Source: a virus. Taken from it: a stretch of 64,000 nt of DNA. The stretch spans positions 1-64,000 of the IMG/VR virus record IMGVR_UViG_3300021591_000018. One strand, 5' to 3'. A program made the translations under genes and the position numbers. Shown here piece after piece: positions 1 through 9,905 of this stretch (position 1 is the first letter of the stretch; each line of letters begins with the position of its first letter). Below the pieces are notes generated by a model. The model had not been told where the DNA came from and did not search any database. It worked only from the letters and a program-made list of their open reading frames with translations.

Positions 1-2
1 GT

Positions 3-326
3 ATAAAAGATGTATCTCGGTGGATTTCGAATCTCGGAAAGACGCTACGTGAGAGACTGTGCTTCACTCATGCTGCCGGGTACATTTCGGAATTTAATCG
101 CGAACTCTCACATGCAATCGAACTCTCCGATCGATTCCAACGTCAAGCACAATCACTTGGTGGTGCAGCTGTCGGTATTGCAGGTGGTGCGACTGTTGCG
201 ACTCAGCATGTGACAATCATCTCAAATGTACATATCGGTTCAGTTTCCTCGTCAGTTGACCTCGAGGACCTCGAGTCGACGATCAACCGTGCAATTGCAG
301 AAGCAGTTCGGAGGAGATTAGGATGA
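3..326 (+). CDS. C-terminal end of probable tail tape measure protein (5'-truncated by window)
   Basis: Not in ORF track. Frame 3 is open from the window start (IKDVSRWISNLG...GGAAVGIAGGATVATQHVTIISNVHIG...INRAIAEAVRRRLG*). Its stop overlaps the next ATG (ATGA at 323-326). Position and composition are typical of TMP C-termini. Confidence 0.5.
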   Translation: MKDVSRWISNLGKTLRERLCFTHAAGYISEFNRELSHAIELSDRFQRQAQSLGGAAVGIAGGATVATQHVTIISNVHIGSVSSSVDLEDLESTINRAIAEAVRRRLG

Positions 327-1156
327 CCGACTACTGGAGAATCGGAACAGTATACCTCCCACCTACATGTTGGCCACGGACTGTACGGTACCATATAGAA
401 AAGGACATTAAGGAGATTTCGACATATCTTTACCTTCCTCTCGCTTTGAGCCTTGGACCAATGATCCCACGTCTCGACTTGGAGGGTTTCTTCTGGGAGC
501 CAGGACTTAGCCAAGACGAGCTCGAAGAGAAGTACATCAAGCCGTTCATAAACATGGTCTGGTACGGTTCGACGACTAGACGGGTGCTTTTCGACGATAA
601 CGGTAGTGCTTTCTGGACAATGGTCGAGGGTTCGGGGTCAGACGATACCTCAACTTACGTCAGAGGACGCAAGAGCTTCAAGATCTCGGTCTCAAATGAG
701 TTCGTTCACCTCTACCATGACTGGGGCGAACCTCAGAACTTCCTCTATCAGGACTTTGTTTCACTCTGGTTCCGTGGTCGAGGCACGAACGACTACATTT
801 ACCTTTACTTCTGGAACGAGAACTACGATAGCCGAACGAACGGCTACTTTTTCCGATTCCGAGATACGAAGTCCAGTTGGCGACGAATCGTCATACCGAA
901 ACTTTGCTTCTCAAACAAGGGTTCACCAGAATGGAACAGCATCAAGTGTATCGAAATTCTGTCATCCGTGAAGCATACTGGTACGTTCCATCTTGATCGT
1001 CTTGCTCTCGGAATTGGTGCACATATCTGGTGTCCGTTCATGCGTTACGTCGGTATCTGGGTGCTTCAACAGTTCGAATACGAGGATTCCTATCGGTTCG
1101 GTAATCAGGCGTTCTATTACCGCATGACGTTCCTAAATCAGGACGACCATTACTGA
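323..1156 (+). CDS. Distal-tail-like protein with inserted carbohydrate-binding-module-like domain
   Basis: Follows the TMP. Central region (YHDWG...FVSLWFRG...WRRIVIPKLCFSNKGSPEWNSI...FHLDRL) is visibly homologous to the CBM-like domain of 2044-4293. Confidence 0.55.
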   Translation: MTDYWRIGTVYLPPTCWPRTVRYHIEKDIKEISTYLYLPLALSLGPMIPRLDLEGFFWEPGLSQDELEEKYIKPFINMVWYGSTTRRVLFDDNGSAFWTMVEGSGSDDTSTYVRGRKSFKISVSNEFVHLYHDWGEPQNFLYQDFVSLWFRGRGTNDYIYLYFWNENYDSRTNGYFFRFRDTKSSWRRIVIPKLCFSNKGSPEWNSIKCIEILSSVKHTGTFHLDRLALGIGAHIWCPFMRYVGIWVLQQFEYEDSYRFGNQAFYYRMTFLNQDDHY

Positions 1157-1276
1157 GGTGGACGACAGTGTACGGAGCTCGTACGACAGCCTACGACTTG
1201 TATATATATTCCATGAAGAGCTCCATAAGTTCCATAACTTTTGAATATAAGTTTGCCTTCTGTAAAGGTGAAGGTT

Positions 1277-2047
1277 ATGTTAGTTGTGAAAGCTCCTGAT
1301 CCAAGAGAGCAGTACAAGAAGACTCCAGCTAAGAGAAGAGTAAGAGAGACAATCGAGGTCGAAGAGATTGAACCCATAGGTATAGGAGATGGACGAGAGA
1401 GAGTCTTCTACCTTCCATCAGGGAAACCAATTCGGGTGTTTGTTAATGGACGAGAAGTCAAGGACGTTGAGATAAGTGAAGGAAAGTTGACCTTCAGAGA
1501 TCCTCCAAGAGGATCCATAGCGGTTCTGTTGAGACGAGAGAGAACTATCCTTCGGTGGATAAGGTACATAAGAAGTAAGGAGACAGAGGAGGGTATCGAA
1601 TCCACCATCATTCGATGGGGAGACTTCTTGGATGAACTCAAGAAGAAACTACGCTATCGACCACTGAGTGAATGCGTCCAATTAGCAGAGGAACTTATCG
1701 GTAAGAAGCTCTACGTCTTGACTAAGGAGAGAGTCATCTACCACATCAGGAGGACGCTCTTTGGAGAGACAATAGCTGCAAGTGGAGTCATGGACACTGT
1801 TGAGAGCCTGGAGGAGGACTTTATCAAACTAGGTCGATGGGGACTAGGATGCCCAAACAATTGTGGAAGATTCTGGTGGTTCGTTCCATACGGAGATGGA
1901 TGGAAGCCAGCTGATCCAGCAGCTTACCTCCCATACACTGATCCTGAGACAGGTGAAGTTCGGAACGGCTACCTCAACTGGCAGGACGATATGAGTTTTA
2001 CCTGTGATCGATGTGGAGCCAAGATCAAGCTCGAGGTGAGTGAGTGA
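1277..2047 (+). CDS. Hypothetical tail-region protein with GIGDG...VFVNG beta motif and C-terminal Cys pairs (Zn ribbon)
   Basis: ORF track 1241-2047; ATG at 1277 is preceded by GGTGAAGG. CPNNC...CDRC motifs. Confidence 0.5.
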   Translation: MLVVKAPDPREQYKKTPAKRRVRETIEVEEIEPIGIGDGRERVFYLPSGKPIRVFVNGREVKDVEISEGKLTFRDPPRGSIAVLLRRERTILRWIRYIRSKETEEGIESTIIRWGDFLDELKKKLRYRPLSECVQLAEELIGKKLYVLTKERVIYHIRRTLFGETIAASGVMDTVESLEEDFIKLGRWGLGCPNNCGRFWWFVPYGDGWKPADPAAYLPYTDPETGEVRNGYLNWQDDMSFTCDRCGAKIKLEVSE

Positions 2048-4293
2048 TGGCAACCGTTACTGCGTATCGGTTGAGGGAGCCCGTTACGAGACTTGTGATT
2101 AGGCCGAGTGGAAAGACAAGGCTATGCCTACCGGCGGACTATGCGAATAATAAACTCTTCAGATGGAACCAAGAAGTTACTGCTTCAGGTTGGAGTGTTC
2201 AGGGTAATCCTTACGCTGATTTCGTCAGATATGGCGTTGGATCAGTTATAATAAATTCCGGCTCTCAAGTGAAATTACATCGCGTTGGTTACACCGTTGT
2301 TTGGGACACCGTTTCTTGGAACGATCTTGTAGGTTTCTCAATCGACACGGTAAATCACATGTTTTCTATTCAATTTATACTCGACAACGATAAGGAGGAG
2401 ACTCTCGACTTCAGCAGCTATACGGAGGGAGCCGACGGGTCGCCGCTGATATACGACGATGATGAGAGTTTCTGGACAGCGATAGGAATAGGGTCGGGAA
2501 CTGTTCAAGTTCCGACACTTAGTGAAGAACTCACAGAAGTTAAAAAAGGAACTAGCTCACTTAAAGTAACTGTAAATACAACAGGAGGTAGTTATGCTGG
2601 CTGGGCTATTTATCATGACTATGCAACATCTCAAGATTGGAGCTCCTATGATTTTCTATGCCTCTATTGGTATGGAGCAAATTCAGGCACAACAATAAGA
2701 ATATATATTCCCGCACCCGATGGAGCAAATCAATTCTATTATGATCTTATCGATAATTGGACAGGGTGGAAGCGACTAGTTATTCCGCTTAGAGCTTTCT
2801 CCACTTATGGTTCTCCAAGCTGGAGTAATGTCACAGCGATAGATATAAGAAGCCAAGCTGACCCCGCCGATGCAACATACTATCTCGATCGCACGCTGGT
2901 CGATGTGGGGCAGTGGGCTGTTGTTGAGATATTCGTTCCAGATGTTTTGAAGAATGATTCATACGGTTTCTCTCTGTATAGCTGGAATGGATCAGAATAT
3001 GCGATCTTCTTGGCGTATAACCCCTATAACACTGACGACATCGGAACAACGGGCTGGCACAATCTCGTGTTCCTCGATGGAACTACTTCTTTAGATATTT
3101 ATCCAGGAGAAGGCTACATGATTCATGGACGAGGAGAAGTCGGTTCGAGAGGCGAAACAATCTCAGGAGTTCGAATGCAGAATGCAAGCTACAGCTCCTA
3201 CTACGGCTGTCGCCGCCGTCTCGGATTCGCTTTAAAATTACCACCCGACGACGGCCAAGACGCCAGCGACTATGGCATCTCACAGTGCAAGTTGAAATTG
3301 GAAGTCTATTACAGTGAAGACGAGAGTCGACGGATCGTCTATGACAGTAGCGGATACGGAAATAACGGTACTATCTACGGTGGCCCGACCTCTGTTGACG
3401 GTCGATTTGGACGTGCACTTTACTTCGATGGCGACGATTGGGTTGATGTTGCCCCAGGTAGTAACATACTGAACCTCCGAGAGAAAGTCACTGTATGCAC
3501 ATGGATAAAGATAAGCTCAACGCCGCCTGGCTATGTGTTCGCTTATGGCTCCGGCTTTTGGCCGCATCTTCAACTTGGCCTTGGGCTCAGTGGTTTGCAA
3601 AACTACACTGAGATCGAAACTGAAACCTCGTTTACGAATCTCTACGGTTCGACCGTTCCGCTGAATCAGTGGACATTCATAGCAGTGACGTATGATGCGT
3701 CCACAGGTGATTTGAAACTTTACAAGGATGGTCAATTTGATGCATCAACTACGCATAGCGGCAAGTTGTGGGAGGCGAATTCCTTCAAAGTTGGTAGTAA
3801 GTACGATGCCACCTTTAACTTCATAGGTTGTGTTGACGAAGTACGAGTCTACAATCGCGTCCTTAGTGAGAATGAGATCAGGCAACTATACGAGGGTGTT
3901 AACATCACCGACGGACTCGTCCTCCACCTGAAGCTAGACGAGGAAATCTACTACGGGTCCGCAACCTATGAATTCGAAGACAGCACTAACCAATACTATG
4001 GACTCCAGAACATTAATGAGCAGTGGCTTGCACTATTCAACCCTGATGACGATGAACTCGAGTTCTACTGCTTCGAGAAGCGTCCGACTTACATCTCCGT
4101 ACGAGCAGATGAGAACGAGATCATACGGGAAGTGATAGTTGACTTCCCGAAGCCTACCATCATCTACAAGGGCAAGGTTACAGGGGTTGACTTTAGCGAA
4201 GACAAAGACGGCAACGGTGTCCCAGACGTGTTCGAGACTTACTTCCCGTACCTCGAGGAGTTCGTCTCTGAGAAAGAGGTGACGGTTGCATGA
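2044..4293 (+). CDS. Virion/tail protein with CBM-like and LamG (concanavalin A-like) domains
   Basis: 749 aa. DSSGYGNNGTIYG...GRFGRALYFDGDD...WTFIAVTYD...LYKDG...FIGCVDEVRVYNRVLS is a recognisable LamG_3 pattern. Confidence 0.75.
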   Translation: MMATVTAYRLREPVTRLVIRPSGKTRLCLPADYANNKLFRWNQEVTASGWSVQGNPYADFVRYGVGSVIINSGSQVKLHRVGYTVVWDTVSWNDLVGFSIDTVNHMFSIQFILDNDKEETLDFSSYTEGADGSPLIYDDDESFWTAIGIGSGTVQVPTLSEELTEVKKGTSSLKVTVNTTGGSYAGWAIYHDYATSQDWSSYDFLCLYWYGANSGTTIRIYIPAPDGANQFYYDLIDNWTGWKRLVIPLRAFSTYGSPSWSNVTAIDIRSQADPADATYYLDRTLVDVGQWAVVEIFVPDVLKNDSYGFSLYSWNGSEYAIFLAYNPYNTDDIGTTGWHNLVFLDGTTSLDIYPGEGYMIHGRGEVGSRGETISGVRMQNASYSSYYGCRRRLGFALKLPPDDGQDASDYGISQCKLKLEVYYSEDESRRIVYDSSGYGNNGTIYGGPTSVDGRFGRALYFDGDDWVDVAPGSNILNLREKVTVCTWIKISSTPPGYVFAYGSGFWPHLQLGLGLSGLQNYTEIETETSFTNLYGSTVPLNQWTFIAVTYDASTGDLKLYKDGQFDASTTHSGKLWEANSFKVGSKYDATFNFIGCVDEVRVYNRVLSENEIRQLYEGVNITDGLVLHLKLDEEIYYGSATYEFEDSTNQYYGLQNINEQWLALFNPDDDELEFYCFEKRPTYISVRADENEIIREVIVDFPKPTIIYKGKVTGVDFSEDKDGNGVPDVFETYFPYLEEFVSEKEVTVA

Positions 4294-7200
4294 CGTGGGA
4301 GATCTACATCGACGGTGAGATCCATTCTGGTTCCATAGTGAAGATAGTCGAGGAGCTCAACAACCACTCAGAAGCGATCATTCGACTCCCACGGTCACCT
4401 GAGAACATTGAACTCGTCCAGAGCGACAGAGACGTAGACATCTACTTCGACGACAAGAAGATCCTCTCTGGTAAACTGATGGCTGCAAAGTTCAAGTATG
4501 ACTACATCGAATGTACGATCTATCCAGAGGCTGAGGACAAGCTTAAGAACAGCATCATAACGGGAACGTACGAAGACGCATCTCCAGAGACAGTCGCACA
4601 AGCGATATGTGATGCTGCAGGACTTACACTCGGATCCGCTCCTTCAACTCCAACTGTGAGTGTACGATTCGACCATGCTGTCTGTTGGGATGCTCTACGC
4701 CACCTCTGTGACGTCATCGATAAGGACTTCTGGTTCGACGGATCGACAGTCTACATAGGAGACAGAGGAACATCAGTCGGAGAAATCGTCCCACAAGGTC
4801 TTTCACGTCGAGCAGTCGATCGAAGTAAGGTTAAGAACAAGGTCATCATCCGAGGAGTGGACAAAGATGGCAATACAATCTACGGTGTAGCTCAGACAGG
4901 TGCTGGAGACAGAGTCATCGTCTTCACAGAGAAGAGAACTATGACTCAAGAAAACTTGAATCAGCTAGCACAGACGAAGCTCAAGGAACTGTCAAAGGAG
5001 GCAACTGGAGTAGCTTTCGATGTTTCACCTGATGTCGGAGTCAGTCTCAATGTCGGTGACACTGTCTACATCAACGCTGAAGAACTCAACCTCGTAGGCA
5101 ACTTCCGTATCTACCGGTTGACGAGAAAGGCAGAGAAGACCATCGTCGAAATTGACCGACCTGAACTTGTACTCGAATCCGTCTTCGAGGACATGCAGAG
5201 ACTCGAAGACCTTGGCATCTACCCGGTAAGTGCTGAGCAGCTTGACAATCCACCTGGACCACCTGCAGCACCAACTGGATTAACTGCTACACCACAGATC
5301 GGAGCCATTCTCCTTAAATGGAATGCTAACACCGAGGCTGACCTCGACCACTATGAAATCTATCGAGACACTTCAAGTCCTGCCTCTACTAAGATCGCTG
5401 AAGTCCACGCTACCTCATACCTTGATGAAGACGTCGAATACGGTGTGACGTACTACTACCGGATCAAGGCAGTCGACAGAGTTGGCAACAAGTCGGACTT
5501 CTCAGCTGAAGTCTCAGCGTCTCCACGTCAAGTCGAGACACCTGACCTTGAGGATCAATCAATTACAACAGATAAAATCGTCCCCGAAGCTGTTACAACC
5601 CCAATTCTTGCTCCCGACGCTGTAACAACCGAAAAGATCCAAGACCAGGCTGTCACTGAGCTTAAGCTTGCGGATCTGGCTGTTTCGACTCTGAAAATCC
5701 AAGACCTAGCTATAACCGAAACGAAAATTGCAGACGACTCGATCTCAACTCCCAAGCTTCAAGCAAATGCAGTGACTGCAGCAAAGATTGCTGCAGGAGC
5801 CGTTACTACTGAGAAACTCGATGCACACGCTGTTACTACGCGAAAACTCTACGTCTATCAGGTTCTCCTCGACAGTCCCGGATTTTCGGCTTCAGGTGGT
5901 GTACTCTCTTGGAATAGTTTTACACTTACCTATCAAGGCGTCGACTATGAGATCTCCTCTGGTAGCACTTCTGACATGTATATCTACTGGAAGGAAGGTG
6001 ATACATTCCTCTCAAGTAGCAATACGAAGCCAGATATCGCATCTGATCCATCCATCCATATGATTGCGGTATTCGACGCTTCAACCAACACTTTCTGGGA
6101 AGTTTGGAAGCCAACGGTAGTTCACGGCGGCATGATCATTACAGAGACAATTAGTACCGAGGAACTGGCTGCAGATGCAGTCACAACAGAGAAGATCCGC
6201 GCCGAAGCAGTCACAACAGCGAAACTGGCAGCTGGAGCCGTAACGTCTGAAAAAATTACTGCCGACTGGATCACAGGTAAGAAATTCCGCACAAGTGGAA
6301 GGGCGACCCCAGCAGCTGGAGTGGAATTTGATGACAACGGTATCCGAGGGTACGGAGATGCGACGACGAAGACATTCGAGATCGAGGCTGCAACTGGTGA
6401 CGTTAAAGTCTACGGTTCACAACACTTCATAGTGGCGGATGAGACTGGAACATCTATCGGTTACCTCGAGCATACAAGATACACGTTTGACTCGACTGAC
6501 TATGACACCGCGAGACTCGTAGCACCTTCACACTCTGCTGCAATTGAGGCATCAGGCTACTACTTACTACTACGACAAGATGGCAATTGGATTATAGGTG
6601 GTGACCCAACCATCCTTCCAGTAAGCGATCTACAAGTGAGGATCGGTGACAATTCGCATCGGCTGAAGGAGATTCATGTTGAAAGCCTTTACGCTGAGAA
6701 CCTCTCTGGGACGATCAATATCCTCAACTCCGATCTCGATGCTAACAGTCACAAGATCTACAACTTGAGTGGGTTAGAGCCAGATGGAACTGGGACACGA
6801 GACATCGGAACTTCTACTCTTCAATGGAAGGACGGTTACTTCGCTGGAACAGTCTACGGTGGATCAGGAGACTTTGGGAGTCTGTTGATTGGTGGGACTG
6901 AGGTGATTACAGGCTCGAGAGTTTTGCAGAATATCGCCTCGATTAACGTAAACCTACTTCCAAGTGATAACGATTTCTTCGATCTCGGCTCGGAGTCTTA
7001 CAAGTGGCACAGGCTGTTCCTTGGCTCTACAGATGTCGGCCTGAATGCGGGTGGAAGCATAGTGATCGGCGATGACACGAGCAATCTGAGGATAGATGAC
7101 AACGAAATACAACAATACGGGAATTCCCTTTATATTAATATCGATTCCCATGTAGACACGATTTTTGGATGTAACGTAAGACCTCATTCTGATAACGCCT

Positions 7201-9257
7201 ACGACCTCGGCTCCTCCTCATATCAGTGGCGTAACCTATACTTGGGCAATCAGCTAATCATAGGCGGAGATGTAGTCCTCTATCGTGGAGGAACCAATAT
7301 CCTTGAAACCGACGATCAGTTCCGGATCAGGTATGCTGGGTCTTGGGATCAACTAGTCTTCGATACGACCTCTGCAGACTCACGAATCGCAAAGGTTAAG
7401 GTAGGAAGTAGCAATAACTGGCTTTGGTTGGACGCCTACGCTGATACAGGCTACCTCGCAGTAGTCGGTTTCTTCCGCGGTGTTGTCGATGGTAAGCCAA
7501 GAATCCGATTCTTAAAGGGTGATGGTCAGCCCGATGGTGGAATTGAAGTTTTTCCACGGGAAGGCAAAATAGAGTTCGATGGTGACACTAATCTCTACCG
7601 CTCAGCCGCAGACGTGTTGAAGACGGATGACAACTTCGACTGTTTGGCCTTGAGGATAGGTGGAACCGAGGTCATAACTTCGGGGAGGGTGTTGCAGAAC
7701 ATAGCTTCCGTAGCTCAGAGTTTGCTTCCCGATACGGATAATACGAGGGATTTGGGGAGTTCGAGTTACAGGTGGAAGAGAGGATATTTTTATGAATACC
7801 TCTGGGTCTATGAGGTCCTCCGTCCTGGCATAGTGGAGAGGTTTGGTTCTTGGGGTAACGAACCAACGATACCAAGGCTCAACAACGTGTTGGCTCTAGC
7901 AGATCAAAGATTTACCGTAACGGTTTCTGCGACGCCAACTAGTGGAGGCGTCGCAAATATGTTCGACCACTCTTTCGAATCTAGCACTAGGTGGGATACC
8001 ACCGTAACATACCCCGTAACGATAGAAATCGACTTGGGGGGCACATACCACTATTTCACAGCTGTAGGTGTCTACTTCGTTTTCGGTCGATATCCGGGGT
8101 ATGTTAAGATAGAGATCTACAACACCAACACCTCGGCTTGGGAAACGTTAAAGGAGGTTTCTGGAAATACGAGTAGCCACGTCTACTGGGTCGGAGGCCA
8201 AAGCTATGTTGGGAAGATAAGGATAACACTAGACGAGCCAACAGCTAACCCCCATAACGAAATCGCGGTCGCACTTATTTACGCTGAGTCATCGGCTCTA
8301 ATGAAGGTAAAGGGTGGGGGTCATCCTCACTTTCCTGACCTTATGATAAACGGGTATGAAGTAATCACGAGCGGAAGGATTCTCCAGAATATCGCTTCAG
8401 TAGCACAAAGTTTGCTCCCGAATTCGGATAATGCCTATGATCTCGGCTCGTCGAGCTATAGGTGGAGAAATGTCTACCTCCGTAGCAGACTTTACATTTC
8501 TGGTACGGGAAACTTGGAGTGGTCTCTACATTCGAATGGAGAACACCTAGAAATCCGAGAGCCAGAAGACGGCGACAAAATCTGGTTTAAAATGGAGGAC
8601 GGAGTGGGAATACATCTGAACCCGGATGGGACTCAGGTTCTATCGATATTAACTGGTCAAATAACCCCGTATAAGAGCATAGTTCCGTCTTCCGATAATG
8701 CTTTAGACCTCGGCTCTTCAAGCTACAGGTGGCGCAACGGCTACTTCTCCGGTAACGTCAACCTCTCCGACACCTCACTCCTGAAGTTCGGAACGGATGT
8801 CAACCTTTACCGTGAGTCGGCTGATGTACTTAAGACGGAGGATAACTTCAACTGCCTCTCTCTTAGAATTCGTGGCACGGAGGTTATCAACCAAAACAGG
8901 CGACTTCGTAACATCGCATCTGTCGAAGGACCTTTGCTCCCAAGCTCGTCAGGCGCATATAACCTTGGTTCAAGCGTTTACAAGTGGGACGAGGTACACG
9001 CCAATGATGTTTATGGCACCGTCCGCTATGCCGATATGCACTTCCTGGACTTAAGATGTAAGCTATGTGGAAAGTCCTTTAAGGTGGGTGATCGACTTGA
9101 ACTCATCGTAACTGGCTTCGAGGAGGATCCAGTCACGGGAACCGAGATGCTTGCGGTTCCCGTTCACGTTGGATGTGCAGTTAAGAATAGTCTTTCCAAG
9201 AGAGTAAAGTCCTTCCTAGGGTGGTTGATATGCCGTATAGCTGGACGGAAGACATAA
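4290..9257 (+). CDS. Baseplate hub/central tail fibre protein: hub-like N-terminus, FN3 domain, trimeric fibre repeats, C-terminal Cys/His domain
   Basis: 1655 aa. FN3 (PAAPTGLTA...LKWNAN...YYYRIKAVDRVGNKS); AVTTEKI-type repeats; repeated DLGSSSYRW modules; C-terminal CKLC...HVGC. Confidence 0.8.
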   Translation: MTWEIYIDGEIHSGSIVKIVEELNNHSEAIIRLPRSPENIELVQSDRDVDIYFDDKKILSGKLMAAKFKYDYIECTIYPEAEDKLKNSIITGTYEDASPETVAQAICDAAGLTLGSAPSTPTVSVRFDHAVCWDALRHLCDVIDKDFWFDGSTVYIGDRGTSVGEIVPQGLSRRAVDRSKVKNKVIIRGVDKDGNTIYGVAQTGAGDRVIVFTEKRTMTQENLNQLAQTKLKELSKEATGVAFDVSPDVGVSLNVGDTVYINAEELNLVGNFRIYRLTRKAEKTIVEIDRPELVLESVFEDMQRLEDLGIYPVSAEQLDNPPGPPAAPTGLTATPQIGAILLKWNANTEADLDHYEIYRDTSSPASTKIAEVHATSYLDEDVEYGVTYYYRIKAVDRVGNKSDFSAEVSASPRQVETPDLEDQSITTDKIVPEAVTTPILAPDAVTTEKIQDQAVTELKLADLAVSTLKIQDLAITETKIADDSISTPKLQANAVTAAKIAAGAVTTEKLDAHAVTTRKLYVYQVLLDSPGFSASGGVLSWNSFTLTYQGVDYEISSGSTSDMYIYWKEGDTFLSSSNTKPDIASDPSIHMIAVFDASTNTFWEVWKPTVVHGGMIITETISTEELAADAVTTEKIRAEAVTTAKLAAGAVTSEKITADWITGKKFRTSGRATPAAGVEFDDNGIRGYGDATTKTFEIEAATGDVKVYGSQHFIVADETGTSIGYLEHTRYTFDSTDYDTARLVAPSHSAAIEASGYYLLLRQDGNWIIGGDPTILPVSDLQVRIGDNSHRLKEIHVESLYAENLSGTINILNSDLDANSHKIYNLSGLEPDGTGTRDIGTSTLQWKDGYFAGTVYGGSGDFGSLLIGGTEVITGSRVLQNIASINVNLLPSDNDFFDLGSESYKWHRLFLGSTDVGLNAGGSIVIGDDTSNLRIDDNEIQQYGNSLYINIDSHVDTIFGCNVRPHSDNAYDLGSSSYQWRNLYLGNQLIIGGDVVLYRGGTNILETDDQFRIRYAGSWDQLVFDTTSADSRIAKVKVGSSNNWLWLDAYADTGYLAVVGFFRGVVDGKPRIRFLKGDGQPDGGIEVFPREGKIEFDGDTNLYRSAADVLKTDDNFDCLALRIGGTEVITSGRVLQNIASVAQSLLPDTDNTRDLGSSSYRWKRGYFYEYLWVYEVLRPGIVERFGSWGNEPTIPRLNNVLALADQRFTVTVSATPTSGGVANMFDHSFESSTRWDTTVTYPVTIEIDLGGTYHYFTAVGVYFVFGRYPGYVKIEIYNTNTSAWETLKEVSGNTSSHVYWVGGQSYVGKIRITLDEPTANPHNEIAVALIYAESSALMKVKGGGHPHFPDLMINGYEVITSGRILQNIASVAQSLLPNSDNAYDLGSSSYRWRNVYLRSRLYISGTGNLEWSLHSNGEHLEIREPEDGDKIWFKMEDGVGIHLNPDGTQVLSILTGQITPYKSIVPSSDNALDLGSSSYRWRNGYFSGNVNLSDTSLLKFGTDVNLYRESADVLKTEDNFNCLSLRIRGTEVINQNRRLRNIASVEGPLLPSSSGAYNLGSSVYKWDEVHANDVYGTVRYADMHFLDLRCKLCGKSFKVGDRLELIVTGFEEDPVTGTEMLAVPVHVGCAVKNSLSKRVKSFLGWLICRIAGRKT
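5553..6260 (+). repeat. Decapeptide (A/S)(V/I)TxxK(I/L)xxx fibre repeats in two blocks
   Basis: SITTDKIVPE AVTTPILAPD AVTTEKIQDQ AVTELKLADL... and later AVTTEKIRAE AVTTAKLAAG AVTSEKI. Confidence 0.8.
6780..8990 (+). repeat. Repeated fibre modules (IGGTEVITSGRVLQNIAS / LLPxxDNxYDLGSSSYRW / NLYRxxADVLKTDDNF)
   Basis: About seven D(L/I)GSS-type...W copies and four EVI...(L/R)xNIAS copies are visible in the translation. Confidence 0.8.
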
Positions 9258-9904
9258 GTCCAGGTGCATCGATTGACGCTGCAGACATCAACGAGATGAA
9301 GCAGGCGTTAGACGATATCTACAGTGATCACTCACTTACGTACCCTGGATGCGCCTCGGGTGCCGGGTGGGTAGCCTTGCCTGTTAATCCGGGTGATCCG
9401 ATCAGTTCAACGCAGTTCTATGAACTCCGAGATCGTACCGACTACGCTTGGGAGGAAGTTTGCTGCACCGGCCACTGTGAGGTTGCGTTTTCACCCGAGG
9501 ATACTGCTGAATACACGATGGATGATCCCGGTTTCTACGTCACTGTAAACGACTCGCAAAATGCACTTGAGGACTCAGCTGCCCGCTCAGCAGAAGACTA
9601 CGGTGAACGCGTAAGTGAGGACGTTGGATATGATGTTTCGGTTGACTCCGGTGATGACAACGGAGCATACTCTGGTCATCGGTATAGCCAGAACATTGGT
9701 GCGGATTCAGGTGTCGATAACAATGACCATGGTACATATGACTCCAATGAGCATACTACCTTCAGGAGCACTTACCATGCTGATTACGATGTCGGAGAGA
9801 ATACAGGCTACCGTAGCACTGATCACGACTCAGTCAACTCACCTCACAACTCGAGCGTCTGTAGCTCCTACAAGGCGTATCACGACGTCCCGTTAGGTGT
9901 TTAG
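9230..9904 (+). CDS. Acidic tetrapeptide-repeat protein A (two leader-like motifs plus 36 four-residue units); candidate rSAM substrate
   Basis: ATG at 9230 gives MPYSWTEDISPGASIDAADINEM, matching the paralog start. Ungapped 4-aa register from CTGH to DVPL. Confidence 0.75.
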   Translation: MPYSWTEDISPGASIDAADINEMKQALDDIYSDHSLTYPGCASGAGWVALPVNPGDPISSTQFYELRDRTDYAWEEVCCTGHCEVAFSPEDTAEYTMDDPGFYVTVNDSQNALEDSAARSAEDYGERVSEDVGYDVSVDSGDDNGAYSGHRYSQNIGADSGVDNNDHGTYDSNEHTTFRSTYHADYDVGENTGYRSTDHDSVNSPHNSSVCSSYKAYHDVPLGV

Positions 9905-9905
9905 A

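Noticed and set aside
10-213. ORF-track 67-aa ORF
   Set aside because: The frame-3 reading coupled to the next gene is the more credible CDS.
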